Source of the DNA: Octopus vulgaris
Taxonomy: Eukaryota
Direction: 5' to 3'
Assembly (NCBI GenBank): GCA_951406725.2
Contig: OX597817.1
Location: forward strand, 148,738,001 to 148,802,000
Length of the DNA stretch: 64,000 nucleotides
Numbering within the stretch: the first letter of the stretch is position 1; each line of letters opens with the position of its first letter. Below, in pieces: positions 12,989 through 26,046 of this stretch. The notes under the pieces were generated by a model. It was given only the letters and a program-made list of their open reading frames with translations. It was not told where the DNA came from and made no database searches. The translations under genes were made by a program, and so were the position numbers.

Positions 12989-13975
12989 AATATATAACTT
13001 ATAACTAGATCTCAAAAAGTATAAAATGAATGATAAATATATAATACAATATGTAAAAACACTACGTAAGTTTCATAGTGGTTTTATCTCTAATTTATAT
13101 TATATATATATATATAATAATAAATGGAATAAAACATATGCATATATATAAACATATATGTACGTACCTACCTCTACATGTACATATACACGCATATATG
13201 AGTACAGGACACCAAAGGGACGTCGAACACAAAGAGAAACGAAAACAAAGACACAAACCAAAGGAACAGGACATTTTTTTAAAAACAACAAAAATGGAGT
13301 ACAGGACAATTAACACAACGAAAAACCCCTTCTTCAGTCGCTAAGGTTTCGTCTACTCTACGTTTCGAAAGATAAAAGCGAGACGTATCTTCGACAAGAA
13401 ACTTTCCTTCCTGCGAAAAGCAAATCAATTAAAATTCTGAGATCTTTTCGCAGAGGGGTAAAATATGGTAAAAAAATGGTAAAAAAATGGTAAAAAAACA
13501 GGACAGTAACGACAGTACAAAAATATAAACAGTAAAAAAAAATATATAAACAGTAAAAAAATATATATAACAGTAAAAGACAGGACAGGGAAAACAAGAT
13601 AAGAAGGGCTGTTGACGCCGAACGAAAAAAGTATTGCAAACGCAGAATTTTTTGTGAACGACGAGAGAGCAGGAAAAGTCGTCCAGTTACCTTGAAAGGC
13701 AGGCTAGAAAGACAGTTAGCAGTCAGGGCGGAAGTATCGTCGCAGGTGGACGACGGGGAAGGGGGGGCAAGAGGAAGGGAGAGAAGAAGGGGAATGGTGC
13801 GAGGAGACCATGAAGAATGGTGAGGGGGAGAGAGAGAATGAAGAATGAGAGAGAGAGAGAGAGAAAGAGACAAGTTAAGTGGGGGAAAAGGAAATGAAAG
13901 AATAGGGAAGAAAGGTGAAGAGTGCGCGTGAGAGTTAATATCAAGGCGAAACTTGATATACAGAACAATCTTACT
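12829..13975. repeat. Probable interspersed-repeat remnant next to (TAA)n/(TA)n, possibly a PLE terminal region
   Basis: A 21-bp motif (12911-12931) recurs inverted at 13076-13096 and again near 42370-42400. Hairpin ctgcgaaaag/cttttcgcag at about 13411-13453 and a purine-rich tract follow. No coding homology seen. Confidence 0.35.
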
Positions 13976-14159
13976 TAAGAGGGTGCGTGCGTTTTGTCAT
14001 ATAATATATTAATAAATGAAATGCATGCATATATACATACATATATGGATACATATATGCATATATACATAAATATATATATGTATGAATATATGTATAT
14101 ATGTATGTATGTATGTATGTATGTCTGTATGTATGTATGTATGTATGTATGTCTGTGTG

Positions 14160-14372
14160 TGTGTGTGTCTATCTGGTATATCTCCCTACGAACTTTTGAC
14201 AATGGTCGTTTTGTGTCTATGGCACTGTAACTTAGCGGTTCGGCAAACAGAACGATGGAATAAATACCAAGGTTAAAAAGTAAACGCACTGAGGTTGATT
14301 CGTTCGACTAAAACTTATTCAAATTGGTGCCCCAGCATGACCGCATTCTAAGACTGAAACAAATAAAAGATA
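14160..14372 (+). mobile_element. Right half of microsatellite-containing SINE
   Basis: gtaacttagcggttcggcaaa ... ccccagcatgaccgca ... gactgaaacaaataaaaga after a TA/TG tract. Confidence 0.65.
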
Positions 14373-14602
14373 CATTTATTGTTTCTGAGAAATTCCTGTA
14401 TTTTTCGTTTTATGCCAGAAAGTATAGAAACGTGTCCGCTTTGAAATTATTTTAAAATATTTTCTTAGAATAACCCATGGAAAGTGAAAGATTACAGTAT
14501 TCAGCTTAGCAACTTCGCCTCCGGCGCTTGCTTTCAACATTGAGATATTGCAGTTGTTTAATTCGCCACCTCTTGCGTAAAATTTTTATTGTGATAAATA
14601 TA

Positions 14603-14697
<95 letters not shown>

Positions 14698-14840
14698 TAT
14701 ATATATATACACATACATAACTATACGTTGATATATACGTGTATATATGCCTATATATATATACATACATATGTGTATATATACATATATCCATACACAC
14801 ACATATATGCATGTATATGAATGTGTAATTTTATGTGTGC

Positions 14841-14959
<119 letters not shown>

Positions 14960-14996
14960 CATATATATATATATACATACATATATACATACATAC

Positions 14997-15050
<54 letters not shown>

Positions 15051-15721
15051 TGCCTTTCAGGTATTATTGCGTAAGTATTTGAATTAGATTCTCCTAAATT
15101 TTCTTTACAATTCTTTGAATGGGTGGAATTAAAACAATAAAGAAATTAGGATTTTCTAAGAAAGAAAAAAAAACAACAAAAAAACAAAAACAGAACAAAA
15201 AAAAGCAAAACAAATCAAACTGATTTACGCTCTGACTCTGCGAAATAAGTAATTCGAGAATTTATTTGCGAGTCGACTTGTTTACTTTTGTCGTGAGTAA
15301 AATAAAATAAAGAAGCGTTCTGTTTAATAGAATACAAGTTTCCATTTAATTTACTGTAATATAAAGTAATATGCAACTATTCGTTTCTTTCAGAGCACAT
15401 ACACGCACGTGCGCGCATATGTACAAATATATAAATATATATGCACATATATATATACAGACATACAGACATACATGCATATATATATATTATATATATA
15501 TTATATATATATACATATATATATATATATACATATATACACACACATATATATATGTATATATATATATATGGTTAAGTAATTGAGATTCTAGTGAATT
15601 CTAAAGAATTCACATGAATTCACATATATATATATATATATATATGTGTATAAACACACGCCCACACAGAGATGTATGTAGTTATATATATATATGCATA
15701 TATATATATATACATACATGC

Positions 15722-15753
<32 letters not shown>

Positions 15754-15778
15754 ACATATATTTATACACATATATATG

Positions 15779-15811
<33 letters not shown>

Positions 15812-16000
15812 AATATATATACACACCACATACACACGCATACATACCTACATACATGTATATATACACAAATACATACTTACATACATCCATACATTCC
15901 TGCATATATGCATACATACATACTTACATACATCCTTCCATCCACCCATACATACATACATACATACATACATACATACATACATACATACATACATACA

Positions 16001-16031
<31 letters not shown>

Positions 16032-16373
16032 TGTTTCATATTGTTTTTTTTAATCAGATTATTGTATACTCTTGTCTCAAAAGTTATATCCTCCAAAAGT
16101 GATATGCCGAAGCTATTCCTTACGTTTTATACAGCACTGTTTAAATGTTTTCTAACAACAAAATATGTCCAGTTTTATCACCCAAACTAACGAATATCAA
16201 ATGAGATATTCACTGCTTTTATCAAGTTCTCAAGTTATGTAAATCCAGGAGTTCCAATCATTGTTTCTCAGAGGATTGCATTACCATTACGACTGACTTC
16301 GTAAAGTTTGAAATTACTGTTGATTGGACGTCTTTTTTTTCCCCGCCCGACATTGCATATCTTAGCCATATCT

Positions 16374-17175
16374 TGTGGGTAGTAAAGAAATAGGTATTTC
16401 GCCTGTCGCTACGTTCTGAGTTCATATTCCGCCGAGGTCGACTTTACCTTTCATCCTTTCGGGGTTGATAAATTAAGTATCAGTTACGCACTGGGGTCGA
16501 TATAATCAACTTAACCCGTTTATCTGTCCTTGTTTGTCCTCTCAGTGTTTAGCCCCTTGTGGGCAGTAAAGAAATAGGTATTTTGTCTGTCTTTACGTTC
16601 TGACTTCTAATTCTGCTGAGGTCCACTTTGCTTTTCATCCTTTCCGGGTCGATTAAATAAGCACCAATTAAGCGCTGGGGTCACTCTAATTGACTTAATC
16701 CCCTAGTCTGTCCTTGTTTGTTCCCTCTATGTTTGGCCCCCTATGGGCAATAAGCAAATAAATATATAGACGTAATAAGACGGTGAGCTAGCAGAATCAT
16801 TAGCACGCCGGGCGAAATGCTTAGCGGTATTTCGTCTGCCGTTACGTTCTGGGTTCAAATTCCGCCGAGGTCAACTTTGTCTTTCATCCTTTCGGGGTCG
16901 ATAAAATAGGTACCAGTTTCGCACTGGGGTCGATATTATTGGCTTAATCCATTTGTCCGTCCTTGTCTGTCCTCTCTGTATTTAGCCCCTTGTGGGCAGT
17001 AAAGAAATAGGTATTTTGTCTTTTTTACGTTGTGACTTCTAATTCCGCCGAGGTCAACTTTGCCTTTCATCCTTTCCGGGTCGATAAATTAAGAACCAGT
17101 CGCGTACTTGGGTGGGTCTTATTCACTGTCCACCTCCTAAAATTTCCTTACCTTATGCCTAGAGTAGAAAAGAAT
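16374..17175 (+). mobile_element. Cluster of two SINE copies (headless dimer plus full dimer)
   Basis: Four tandem bodies containing ccgaggtcgactttgcctttcatcctttcggggtcga; tRNA head at about 16777. Confidence 0.8.
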
Positions 17176-17404
17176 ATACAGGTGTAATCCGTTGAGGAAC
17201 TGAAATACATATACACAATCGTAATCGGTTCCAAGCCACACTCAGACTCCACATAAAACATTGAAATGATGTTCTATTTGTCCATTCTTCTATAGCAAAT
17301 GCATAAATCTATACGTATATAGACGATAACCCTCTAGGTGCAATCCTATGGTCATTCATGACCCAAGGGGGTTCATTACCCTTATTATAATATATACATA
17401 TGTA

Positions 17405-17612
17405 AAGGCGGTAACTTGGCTGAATCGTCAGAGCGCCGGACGAAATAGAGATATTTTGTCTGTCTTGATGTTCTGAGTTCAAATTCCGCCGAGGTCGACT
17501 TTGCTTTTTCTCCCTTTCGTGTCGATGAACTAAGTACCAGTTACGAACTAGAGTCTATGTAATCGACTAGATCCCGCCTCCAAAATTTCAGGCCTTGTGC
17601 CTATATTAGAAA
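17405..17612 (+). mobile_element. SINE monomer
   Basis: aaggcggtaacttggctgaatcgtcag...gagttcaaattccgccgaggtcgac...ggccttgtgcctatattagaaa. Confidence 0.75.
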
Positions 17613-17774
17613 CGATTCTATATAAATATGTACATATACGTATGCTTGTGTTTGTTTCCTGTGTTGGTGTCTGTGTGTATGAGAGAGAGAGACGGAGTGA
17701 GTGAGAGAGAGACAAAGTTTTCTCCTTTATATTCTGTCGATCTATGGTTATGGTTTTAGCACAAATATTATATT

Positions 17775-18001
17775 TCTTTATTGCCCACAAGGGGCTAAAC
17801 ATAGAGGGGACAAACAAGGACAGACAAAGGGATTAAGCCGATTACATCGACCTCCCCACCCAGTGCGAAACTGGTACTTTATTTATCGACCCCGAAAGGA
17901 TGAAAGGTAAAGTCGACCTCGGCGGAATTTGAACTCAGAACGTAACGACAGACGAAATACCGCTAAGCATTTCGCCCGGCGCGCTAACGAGTCTGCCAGC
18001 A
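17775..18001 (-). mobile_element. SINE monomer, inverted relative to 17405-17612
   Basis: Reverse complement of the same family (ggcggaatttgaactcagaacgtaacg...catttcgcccggcgcgctaacg). Confidence 0.8.
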
Positions 18002-18436
18002 CATGAACGTCAACGAACCGTTTGTAAGATGCTCAATCGGCCACTTATCCATCTCTCATCGCGGTTTGTTGTTCAAATTTTTGGCTTGAGGCAGAATGTA
18101 ATTCCCGTCTGAAAATCTGTTTCTGTATACAAGTTTTTCGTTTAAGGTAACTTTCGTATACGGTCTTCTAGCACATACGTGTGCGTAGTCCAGTCGTGGT
18201 TTGTTGTTCAGAGCTTAGATCGCTAAGTAAATGCGCTCCCAGTCACTTGTACGCCTACGTAATCAACTTGTAGTTAGTTGACCAAAATTCAGCTTGTGTT
18301 CAGTGTTGAATGTTCTTGAAGAAAACAGTTCATTATTTAATTTCTTCATTTAGAGAATCGATCCCACAGGGGGTAGCGGACGAAATACAGCTAAGCATTT
18401 TCTCCCGCGTCCTAAAGATTTTGCTAGCTTGCTGTC

Positions 18437-18438
<2 letters not shown>

Positions 18439-18511
<73 letters not shown>

Positions 18512-18784
18512 GTAATAATAATATGAGGAAGAAGAAGAAGAAGAAGAAGAAGAAGAAGAAAAAGAAGAAGAAAAAGAAGACGAATGAGGAGGAGGCGGAG
18601 ACGAAGAAGAAGAAGACGAAAAAGAAGAAGGGGAGGAGGAGGAGAAGAAGAAGAAGGAGAAGAAGAAGGAGAAGAAGAAGAAGAAGAAGAAGAAGAAGAA
18701 AAAGAAGAAGAAGAAGAAGAAGAAGAAGAAGAAGAAGAAGAAGAAGAAGAAGAAGAAGAAGAAGAAGAAGAAGAAGAAGAAGAA
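18439..18784. repeat. Compound (AAT)n-(AAG)n microsatellite
   Basis: Directly visible; source of the poly-N/K/R/E pseudo-ORFs. Confidence 0.95.
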
Positions 18785-19145
18785 TCGTTCAATAACACAG
18801 CAAGTGGGGTTTTTTTAACAGGAACCTAACTAACCATTGAATGCCGAGTCTTTTGATAGAGATTATATATAAAGACATGGAGTAATCACCTGAACGAAAT
18901 GTTTTCAAGTTTTAAATATATAATGGATTCCATGTCTTGAAACATGTAATGAGGAATTCCTCAGAAACGAAGCTAATTAACGCTGCAATTTAATTAATTG
19001 TTTCTGTAATAGGTATGTTCAAACGGATCTCTCAATAGTAGTTAGATATCTTTAAGAAATACATTAGATCTGAAATTAGAGGAGAACTATAAAGGATAGG
19101 ATTCGTTCTGATGTATAAATATAAATATTAATATTACGTAACTTG

Positions 19146-19340
19146 AGGCAGCGAACTGGCAGAATCTTTTGCACGCCGGCCAAAATGCTTAACGGCCTTT
19201 CTTCGGTCTTTATGTTCTGAGTTCAATATCTGTCAAGGTCGACTTTACCTTTCAGCCTTTCCAGGTCGATGAAATAAGTACTTGTCGAGCACTGGGGTTG
19301 ATGTAATCGACCTAGCCCATCCCCTGAATTTGAAACCATT
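19146..19340 (+). mobile_element. Degenerate SINE monomer
   Basis: aggcagcgaactggcagaatc...gagttcaat...ggtcgactttacctttcagcctttccaggtcga. Confidence 0.7.
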
Positions 19341-19567
19341 ATAATGGAGATTTAAGGCAGCCACCTCCCAAAATCGTTACAAAGTCAGAGAAAATACTAA
19401 GCGGTTGTGAGTTCAAATTCCGCTGATGTCAGCTTTACTTTTCATCATTTCTGCATCGATTAAGTAAAGTACTAATCAAGGACTGGGTCTGATGCCTTTC
19501 AACTTATTCCATCGCCTTTACTAAAATTGCTAGCCAAGCACCAAAATTCGAAACCAATATATAAATA

Positions 19568-19852
19568 CACCTTCTCCTCGACTTACGACCGAGTCCGTTC
19601 CGACTTGCTGGCGGGTCGTAAGTCGAATTTATATTTTTCAACATTATTTTCATTCAAACTAAACTGATGCGTAAAAGTGACTGAGTGAGAGGCAGTCGCA
19701 GGTCTGAGTGAGCGCTGCGTTGCCAGATGCTGCCATAGTTATCGTACGCGCAGCTGCCCAACTTCCAAATATCGATTATTTATTTATTTATTTTGATTTA
19801 TTTACTTTTTCTGGTCGTTCAGTGCAGTTGTTGGTAAGTCGAGGAGAAGGTG
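19568..19852. mobile_element. Non-autonomous DNA transposon (MITE), Tc1/mariner-pogo type
   Basis: Perfect TIRs of at least 18 bp (caccttctcctcgactta / taagtcgaggagaaggtg), each flanked by TA; no ORF. Confidence 0.85.
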
Positions 19853-20102
19853 TAAGTTTAAGATGGCCGTATAGTTAAAGAGCAGGACAAAATACTTAGC
19901 AGAATTTCTTCCAGGTTTTTTTCCGTTCTAAGTTCGAATTTTGCCAGGTTCACATTTGTCGTTCATCTTTCATAAAATAACTAGACCTCAACTACTAGGC
20001 TTTTTGTGCCCAAATAAGTAAGAACATTACTTAAGTTTATTTCCTAACTTTGTAACTCATACAACCCCATTGTGTCGAAATTTTTTCTTCCTAACATATA
20101 TA

Positions 20103-21006
20103 TTGGGTTATCCCATAAATTATGTGGGTTTCTTCAATTGATTGAACTAAAAGTTGGAGGAAGACGGGATAAACTACCTGCATCAACTTGCTATAAAAGC
20201 GGGTAGTAATTTACCTTGTCCATATTCCTAATGTAAGTTTTAAAGTGTGCAGTTCGATTTTAACAGTCATGTTTTCAAAGCTATAATGGAAGTGACAAAG
20301 AGGCATATTCGGCATATTTTACTTTATGAGTTCATTAAAGGCAATAACGCAACGGAAAGTGCGAGGAATGTTAATGCAGTGTATGGTGATCGGGCAATAA
20401 GTGTAAGTGAGTGTCAACGGTGGTTCCAGAAATTCCAAACCGGAAACTACAACCTAGAAGACGAGCCTGGTCCTGGATGATCTGTAGATCTCGATGAGGA
20501 CGTCATGAAAACCCTGGTGAAACAATATCGCATCGTAAATGTTGAGGAGCTAGCAGAGAAGCTTGAATTTGTTAATTCAATCATTCATCGATGCCTGCGC
20601 TGGAAGAGAAATGACCATCTTCTGTTTCAAGGCGAAAATTGTTTTTCCATCAGGATAATGCTCAGCCACATACTGCAAAGATGACATTCCAAATGCTGGT
20701 GCAGTTTCACTAAAAAACGATGCCCCACCCACCATATCCGCCGGACATTGCTCCATCTGATTATCATTTTTTCCGCTGCCTACAAAATCACTTGGACGGA
20801 AAATATATGAATTCTGTAGAGGAGATCGGAACTGTGCAAGAAGGGTATTTTTCGTCACGGACAAGTGAATTTTGGAAGAGAAGCCTTCCACGTCTACCAG
20901 AAGAGCATTTTAGAAAATGAAGGAGATTAAAAAAGAACCTTGTTTATCTTAATTTTGAAAAATAAATGAAGTATAAGAAAATCACATTATTTATGGGATG
21001 ACCCAA
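20103..21006 (+). mobile_element. Internally deleted mariner (DD34D-type) element
   Basis: TIRs ttgggttatcccataaat / atttatgggatgacccaa with TA on both sides. Transposase pieces KRHIRHILLYEF...WFQKFQTGNYNLEDEP and PHPPYPPDIAPSDYHFF. Confidence 0.9.
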
Positions 21007-23049
21007 TAGTTCATATAATTGTTTTCCTATCTTTTAAATCCCGAATAATAAAGACCGCATTTCCATGTTTCTCCTAAGCGTCCATGCATATTTCCAACTT
21101 TTAGCTAGCGCTTGCTCCATTCGTTCTTAGTAATATAACATTGTCCTTTCATAAGTCGCAAATTATTCTAATGGATGGAAAAGGTTGAGAATGTGTATCA
21201 CATATGGTGCATGGAATCCATGGGAATATGCTCTGTGTATCACACGTGATGCACATGAGATGCAAAGCGTTAAAGAATCTCTGCGTTTGATGAGAATGAT
21301 GACGAAGATATGTCCTCAAACTGCGACATCAGGACCGAAAGCAAAGGAATGAACACCCGTCAAAGTACTCAAGCTGCCATTTGGTGACTTTGAGTCAGAA
21401 AACGCCTTCCGTCAAATAAGCCATAGTCACGTACTCAAGTAAGCCACGGTCAGATTTGAAGTTAGAATACAACGAGTCAGAAGAAATTAGGCAAAGCATT
21501 ATGTGTTCTGAGTTCGATTTTTGTAATGGAAGGTCCAAGAAGTGAATTTGACGGTGGCCGGAATTGGGCTCAACACAAAATATATATTGATATGAATTCT
21601 ATTCGACGCTCAAATTTTCCCATATAAGTAGTTTAAACGTTATAAAAAGACTTGGTTCAATTCTAAACTAGATAATTTAGGCGCAAATATGTTTTAAAGA
21701 ATGCTTTATTAATCTGGGTGAATAACTCCCACTCATTTATCGTGAAGGCACGACTTTCATAAAATTGTGGAACCCATAACTATACATCGAGGACAACCCA
21801 TGCAACTCTGAGATATTGAATAAAACATAAATTGTTTTCGATAAATCATTGGGATATCCTCATTTATATTTTAAGAACAGTCACTGACTGTTCTTAAAAT
21901 AGTGGTGTCGTTGGTGGTGGTGGTGGATAAACACATACACAAAGATACACTCAAACATATATACATACATGCATACAGGATATCAAGTAGGGGTACGACC
22001 GTTTCAAGCGGCTTCACTTACATCAATTTAAGAAAACAAAAATGGTTTTTAAAGAGAGAATTAGCCATATTATAAATATAAGTAATAAATTACTTTGCAA
22101 ATAGTGAATTTTTTATAAATTTACTTGTTTCATTCATTGGTTGCAGCAATGTTGGGGCCTTGTCTTGGAGATCAGATCACCCATATCACTTAAATTGATC
22201 TCTTTTGCAGAGCAGTTAAGTTCCGATGAGGTAAACAAATCAACACCGCTTGTAAAACATCAAGCTTTGGTGATAGAGATAAACACGAGACGATGCACAC
22301 ACACACAAAATAATTTTTTATTAAATCTCATTTAAAATTATCGCGCTGAACACGTTTTCGGAAATATGGATCACTGTAAACTCATAATCTATGGGAAGCA
22401 ATATGAAAGTACTTTGGCTATTGATACAGTACATTTTTGATAAAGGTATATGATCCCACCCGCCTGCCTATGAACTTCATCCAGAATTTACAAAATGTTC
22501 CTACATTCCGCGAACACAATAAGATACAAGTAAATAAGACTCGAGTGAAAAATAATTAATGATTTATTTTTATATTTTTCAGTCCTGTGCAACCAAGTAT
22601 AGAAATGTACATAGATACAGTAATCTCTTGCAGACAAGTCAAAATGCTCTGCCTTCTTGTAAAACTATTTATCACCATTTTTAATACAATGGGACAACTG
22701 TCAAGAGAAGCCTCTTAAATATACTATAATATATATGCAAATGTGGAAAGGTCGCCAGTTGATTACCATTACGCTGAACTAAGTGATATTCTTGTCAAGA
22801 TAAAAAGAAGTTGTCTGGTGAATATTACTGCCGACTACTGAAGCCGAAAACTGTATATTAAAAACAGATTTTGTGAAAGTAAACGCAATAATATCTAAAG
22901 AATTCATTTCTGCTCTAGGAAATATAAAGGAATGTTACTTTTCTTTTCCGAGAAATCGTTCCGCATACAAAATCACAGGCACCAGAGTGTGCATTAATAA
23001 GATTATATTTCTTTTCGCTTAAACACAGTTACATAGGTACCACACCACC

Positions 23050-23198
<149 letters not shown>

Positions 23199-23299
23199 TA
23201 AATATATATATGTGTGCGTGTGTGACTCTGTGTCTACATATGTATGTATATATATGTACGTATATATATGAACATATATATGTATGTGTATATGAATAC

Positions 23300-23691
23300 T
23301 ACGGCAGAGTTCGCCAACACCGCCTACCGGTGCCTCGTGGAGCTTTATGTGCTTTCATTCGATAAACACTCACAACACTCGGTCATGGAATCGAAACCGT
23401 GATCCTACGGCTGCGAGTTCATAACGGCCAGTTTCCCGGTTTCCTTGGCGTATAGGTTCCCCACCAGGACGAGACGCCGGTCCGTTGCAGATGAGCTGCT
23501 ATATGCAAGAGGAAAGAGTGAGAGAAAGTTGTTTCGAAAGAGTCAGCAGAAGTTCGCCATTAAGTTCTGCCGGAGCCGCGTGGAACTTAGGTGTTTCTCT
23601 CATAAACACACATATCGCCCGGTCTAAGATTTGAACCAGCGATCTGTCGACCGCGAGTCCGCTACCCTAACCACCAGGCCATGTGCCTCCA

Positions 23692-23692
<1 letters not shown>
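23300..23692 (-). mobile_element. tRNA-derived SINE(s), second family
   Basis: Minus-strand head ggtggaggcacatggcctggtggttagggtagcggactcgcggtcg; a second partial unit at about 23300-23420. Confidence 0.7.
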
Positions 23693-23722
<30 letters not shown>

Positions 23723-23727
<5 letters not shown>

Positions 23728-24803
23728 GAAAGTATATTGAAAAGGCATGGAAGAGATACCTAGACGACTGTTTCATAATCTGGACAGAATCTCTAAATAC
23801 TCTGGAAGAGTTCAATATCCTCCTGAACAACCTACACCCATCTCTCAAATTTACAAAGGAGATGAGTAGTACCAAATTACCATTCCTGGATATAATGGTA
23901 ATTAAAAAAGACACCACCATCACCACAGATATATACTATAAACACACAGACACACATCAATACCTAAATTTTAAGTCGTGCCATCCACCACATACAAAAC
24001 GTAACATCCCATACTGCCTAGCCAGAAGAATTTGTACTATTGTAGAAGATGCAAATATCAGGAACAAACGCCTAATAGAACTAAGAGAATTTTTGCTCAA
24101 ACAAAAATACCCATCTCTACTTATAGAAAATGGCATACAGCGGGCTATAAAAATACCTATACAACAACTTAGGACAACCCAAGGAAGAGGAAAACAAGAA
24201 CAAGTCATACCATTCATAGTGACACACAACCCATGTCACCAGAATATCTTCAACATTGCCAAAGCAAACCTTCCAATCATTGCCCAAAGTAATGAATTAA
24301 AAGACATAATCAAGGATCGAGCTATGGTGCTTAGTAAAAGACAGCCTAAAAACTTGAAAACATTACTAACAAAGGCAAATTTTGACCTCAGCAACAAAGA
24401 CCAAACATTCACGGTATCTAAATGCAATGATAGCCGATGTGGCACATGCCAATTCATACATACCGGTCAATATATAAACACAAAAACCGGAAAAATATTC
24501 ACAAACGCGAATATGAACTGCAAAAGCAGAAATTTAATTTACTGCATCAAATGCACAAATTGTGAAGAAATATATGTAGGTCAGACGGGAAACGCACTAT
24601 TAGAACGCTCACGTGTACACCGGCAACAGATTAGAGACCCAGAGGTCCGTCAGATACCTTTGAGTAACCACCTAGCAACATGTGGTCGGAAAATATATAT
24701 AATATTTCCATTCTACAAATTACACAGCCCAAGTGAAATCGAGAGGAAAATCAGAGAAAAGAATTTTATTGATAAATTCGAACCCAAGCTAAATAAGCAA
24801 TAA
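23723..24803 (+). CDS. PLE polyprotein fragment: RT (RYLDD), thumb, Cys-rich linker, GIY-YIG endonuclease
   Basis: WKRYLDDCF, LPFLD, DIYYKHTDTHQYLNFKSCHPPH, KCNDSRCGTC, NCKSRNLIYCIKC..C..IYVGQTG, R..VH, REKNFI..F.PKLN. The N-terminal part of the track ORF is SINE/(TA)n read-through. Confidence 0.88.
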
Positions 24804-25297
24804 TAATAATACTTAGAGGTATTACTTCCACTGCTACGACCATGACCACTAACAACAACAACAATACTAAAGGTGATCAAGACGAAGATAGCAGGAAAAT
24901 TATCTTATTTAGGGTTAAAAGTTCTATTGCCACCACCATCACCACTAGCAACAATAATTAAGGTGCTGACAATGATGATGATGACAATTGAAATATAAAA
25001 ATATAAAAATCTCTGACAAAGGATATTTACAACATTTCTAAAAATAACCCAACAATTGCTGCTTCGGCCAGGGTCAAGATACAGGACTCTTGACCTGTCC
25101 AACAAAGCGTGATGCCTAAACCAATCAGCTCAACCAACCAATCAGCTTAAGTAATTGAGTGATACTACACACTGATTGGTCAGAATACAGTTTGCAAAAC
25201 CTAGCACTCTGGAGCCTACCCAGCTGTATTTATAGCACAGAATCACTCATCTTGCTACAGTCAAAAATTGTGAAGCATGACTGTCAACACTACTACA

Positions 25298-25342
25298 TGA
25301 ACCCGAAGATTGCAGAATTCAATGCATGAAAGTACTAGTTCA
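25298..25342 (+). ncRNA. Minimal type I hammerhead ribozyme in the PLE 3' region (core variant CCGAAGA)
   Basis: Stem I tgaac/gttca; core ccgaaga (U4 to C); stem II tgca/tgca; gaaa; palindromic stem III agtact; cleavage triplet CUA at 25335-25337. Confidence 0.7.
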
Positions 25343-25504
25343 ATCAGAATGAATATTTAACATTCTACTATTTCATTTTATTTTATTCAATTATAATATA
25401 TTATCTTATAATATATCATTATAAGATTGTAAATAAAACGTGAAAATCAGACAAGGTTGGAATTCTTTTTATTAATATATTCTTCTATACACAATCACAC
25501 ACAC

Positions 25505-25547
<43 letters not shown>

Positions 25548-25994
25548 CACACATGCACACACACACACATATATATATATATATACGCGTGTGGTTGCGT
25601 ATGCGAATAAATATAGGCATGTGTATAGATATTGTAGGAAAATATTGTTAATACTTTGGTTTATACCCAGTTTAGTCTACACAGTACATAACCATAATCA
25701 ACGACTTCACAGTATTGTCTATTCCATCATTTTTGCGTGTATTTGAGAGACTGGGTTGTCCAATATATTCATTTAAAATACAGTTCTGATTCGAAAGATA
25801 TTTCGTTGCTATTTCCTAACTTTCATCAGCAGCATATATGACTGTGTCGGGTGATTTATAAATGCATTCCCTAAATATGTAAGTATATCTGAATTTTCCA
25901 TATACGAATGTGAAAGAGTATCTATATATATTTATATCTATCTCTATATATGTGTGTATATGTATGTGTAGAAATAGATATATAGATGCATACA

Positions 25995-26046
<52 letters not shown>

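Larger units (their letters stand above)
23723..25480 (+). mobile_element. Penelope-like retroelement (Neptune-like), 5'-truncated, flanked by TA-rich tracts
   Basis: RT C-terminus, Cys linker and GIY-YIG ORF, then a 3' UTR with a hammerhead motif. Begins immediately after (TA)n. Confidence 0.9.

Noticed and set aside
13325-13400. Possible hammerhead on the minus strand (cgaaacgta ... ctgaagaagg)
   Set aside because: Core-like words are present, but I could not build consistent stems I and II in any topology.
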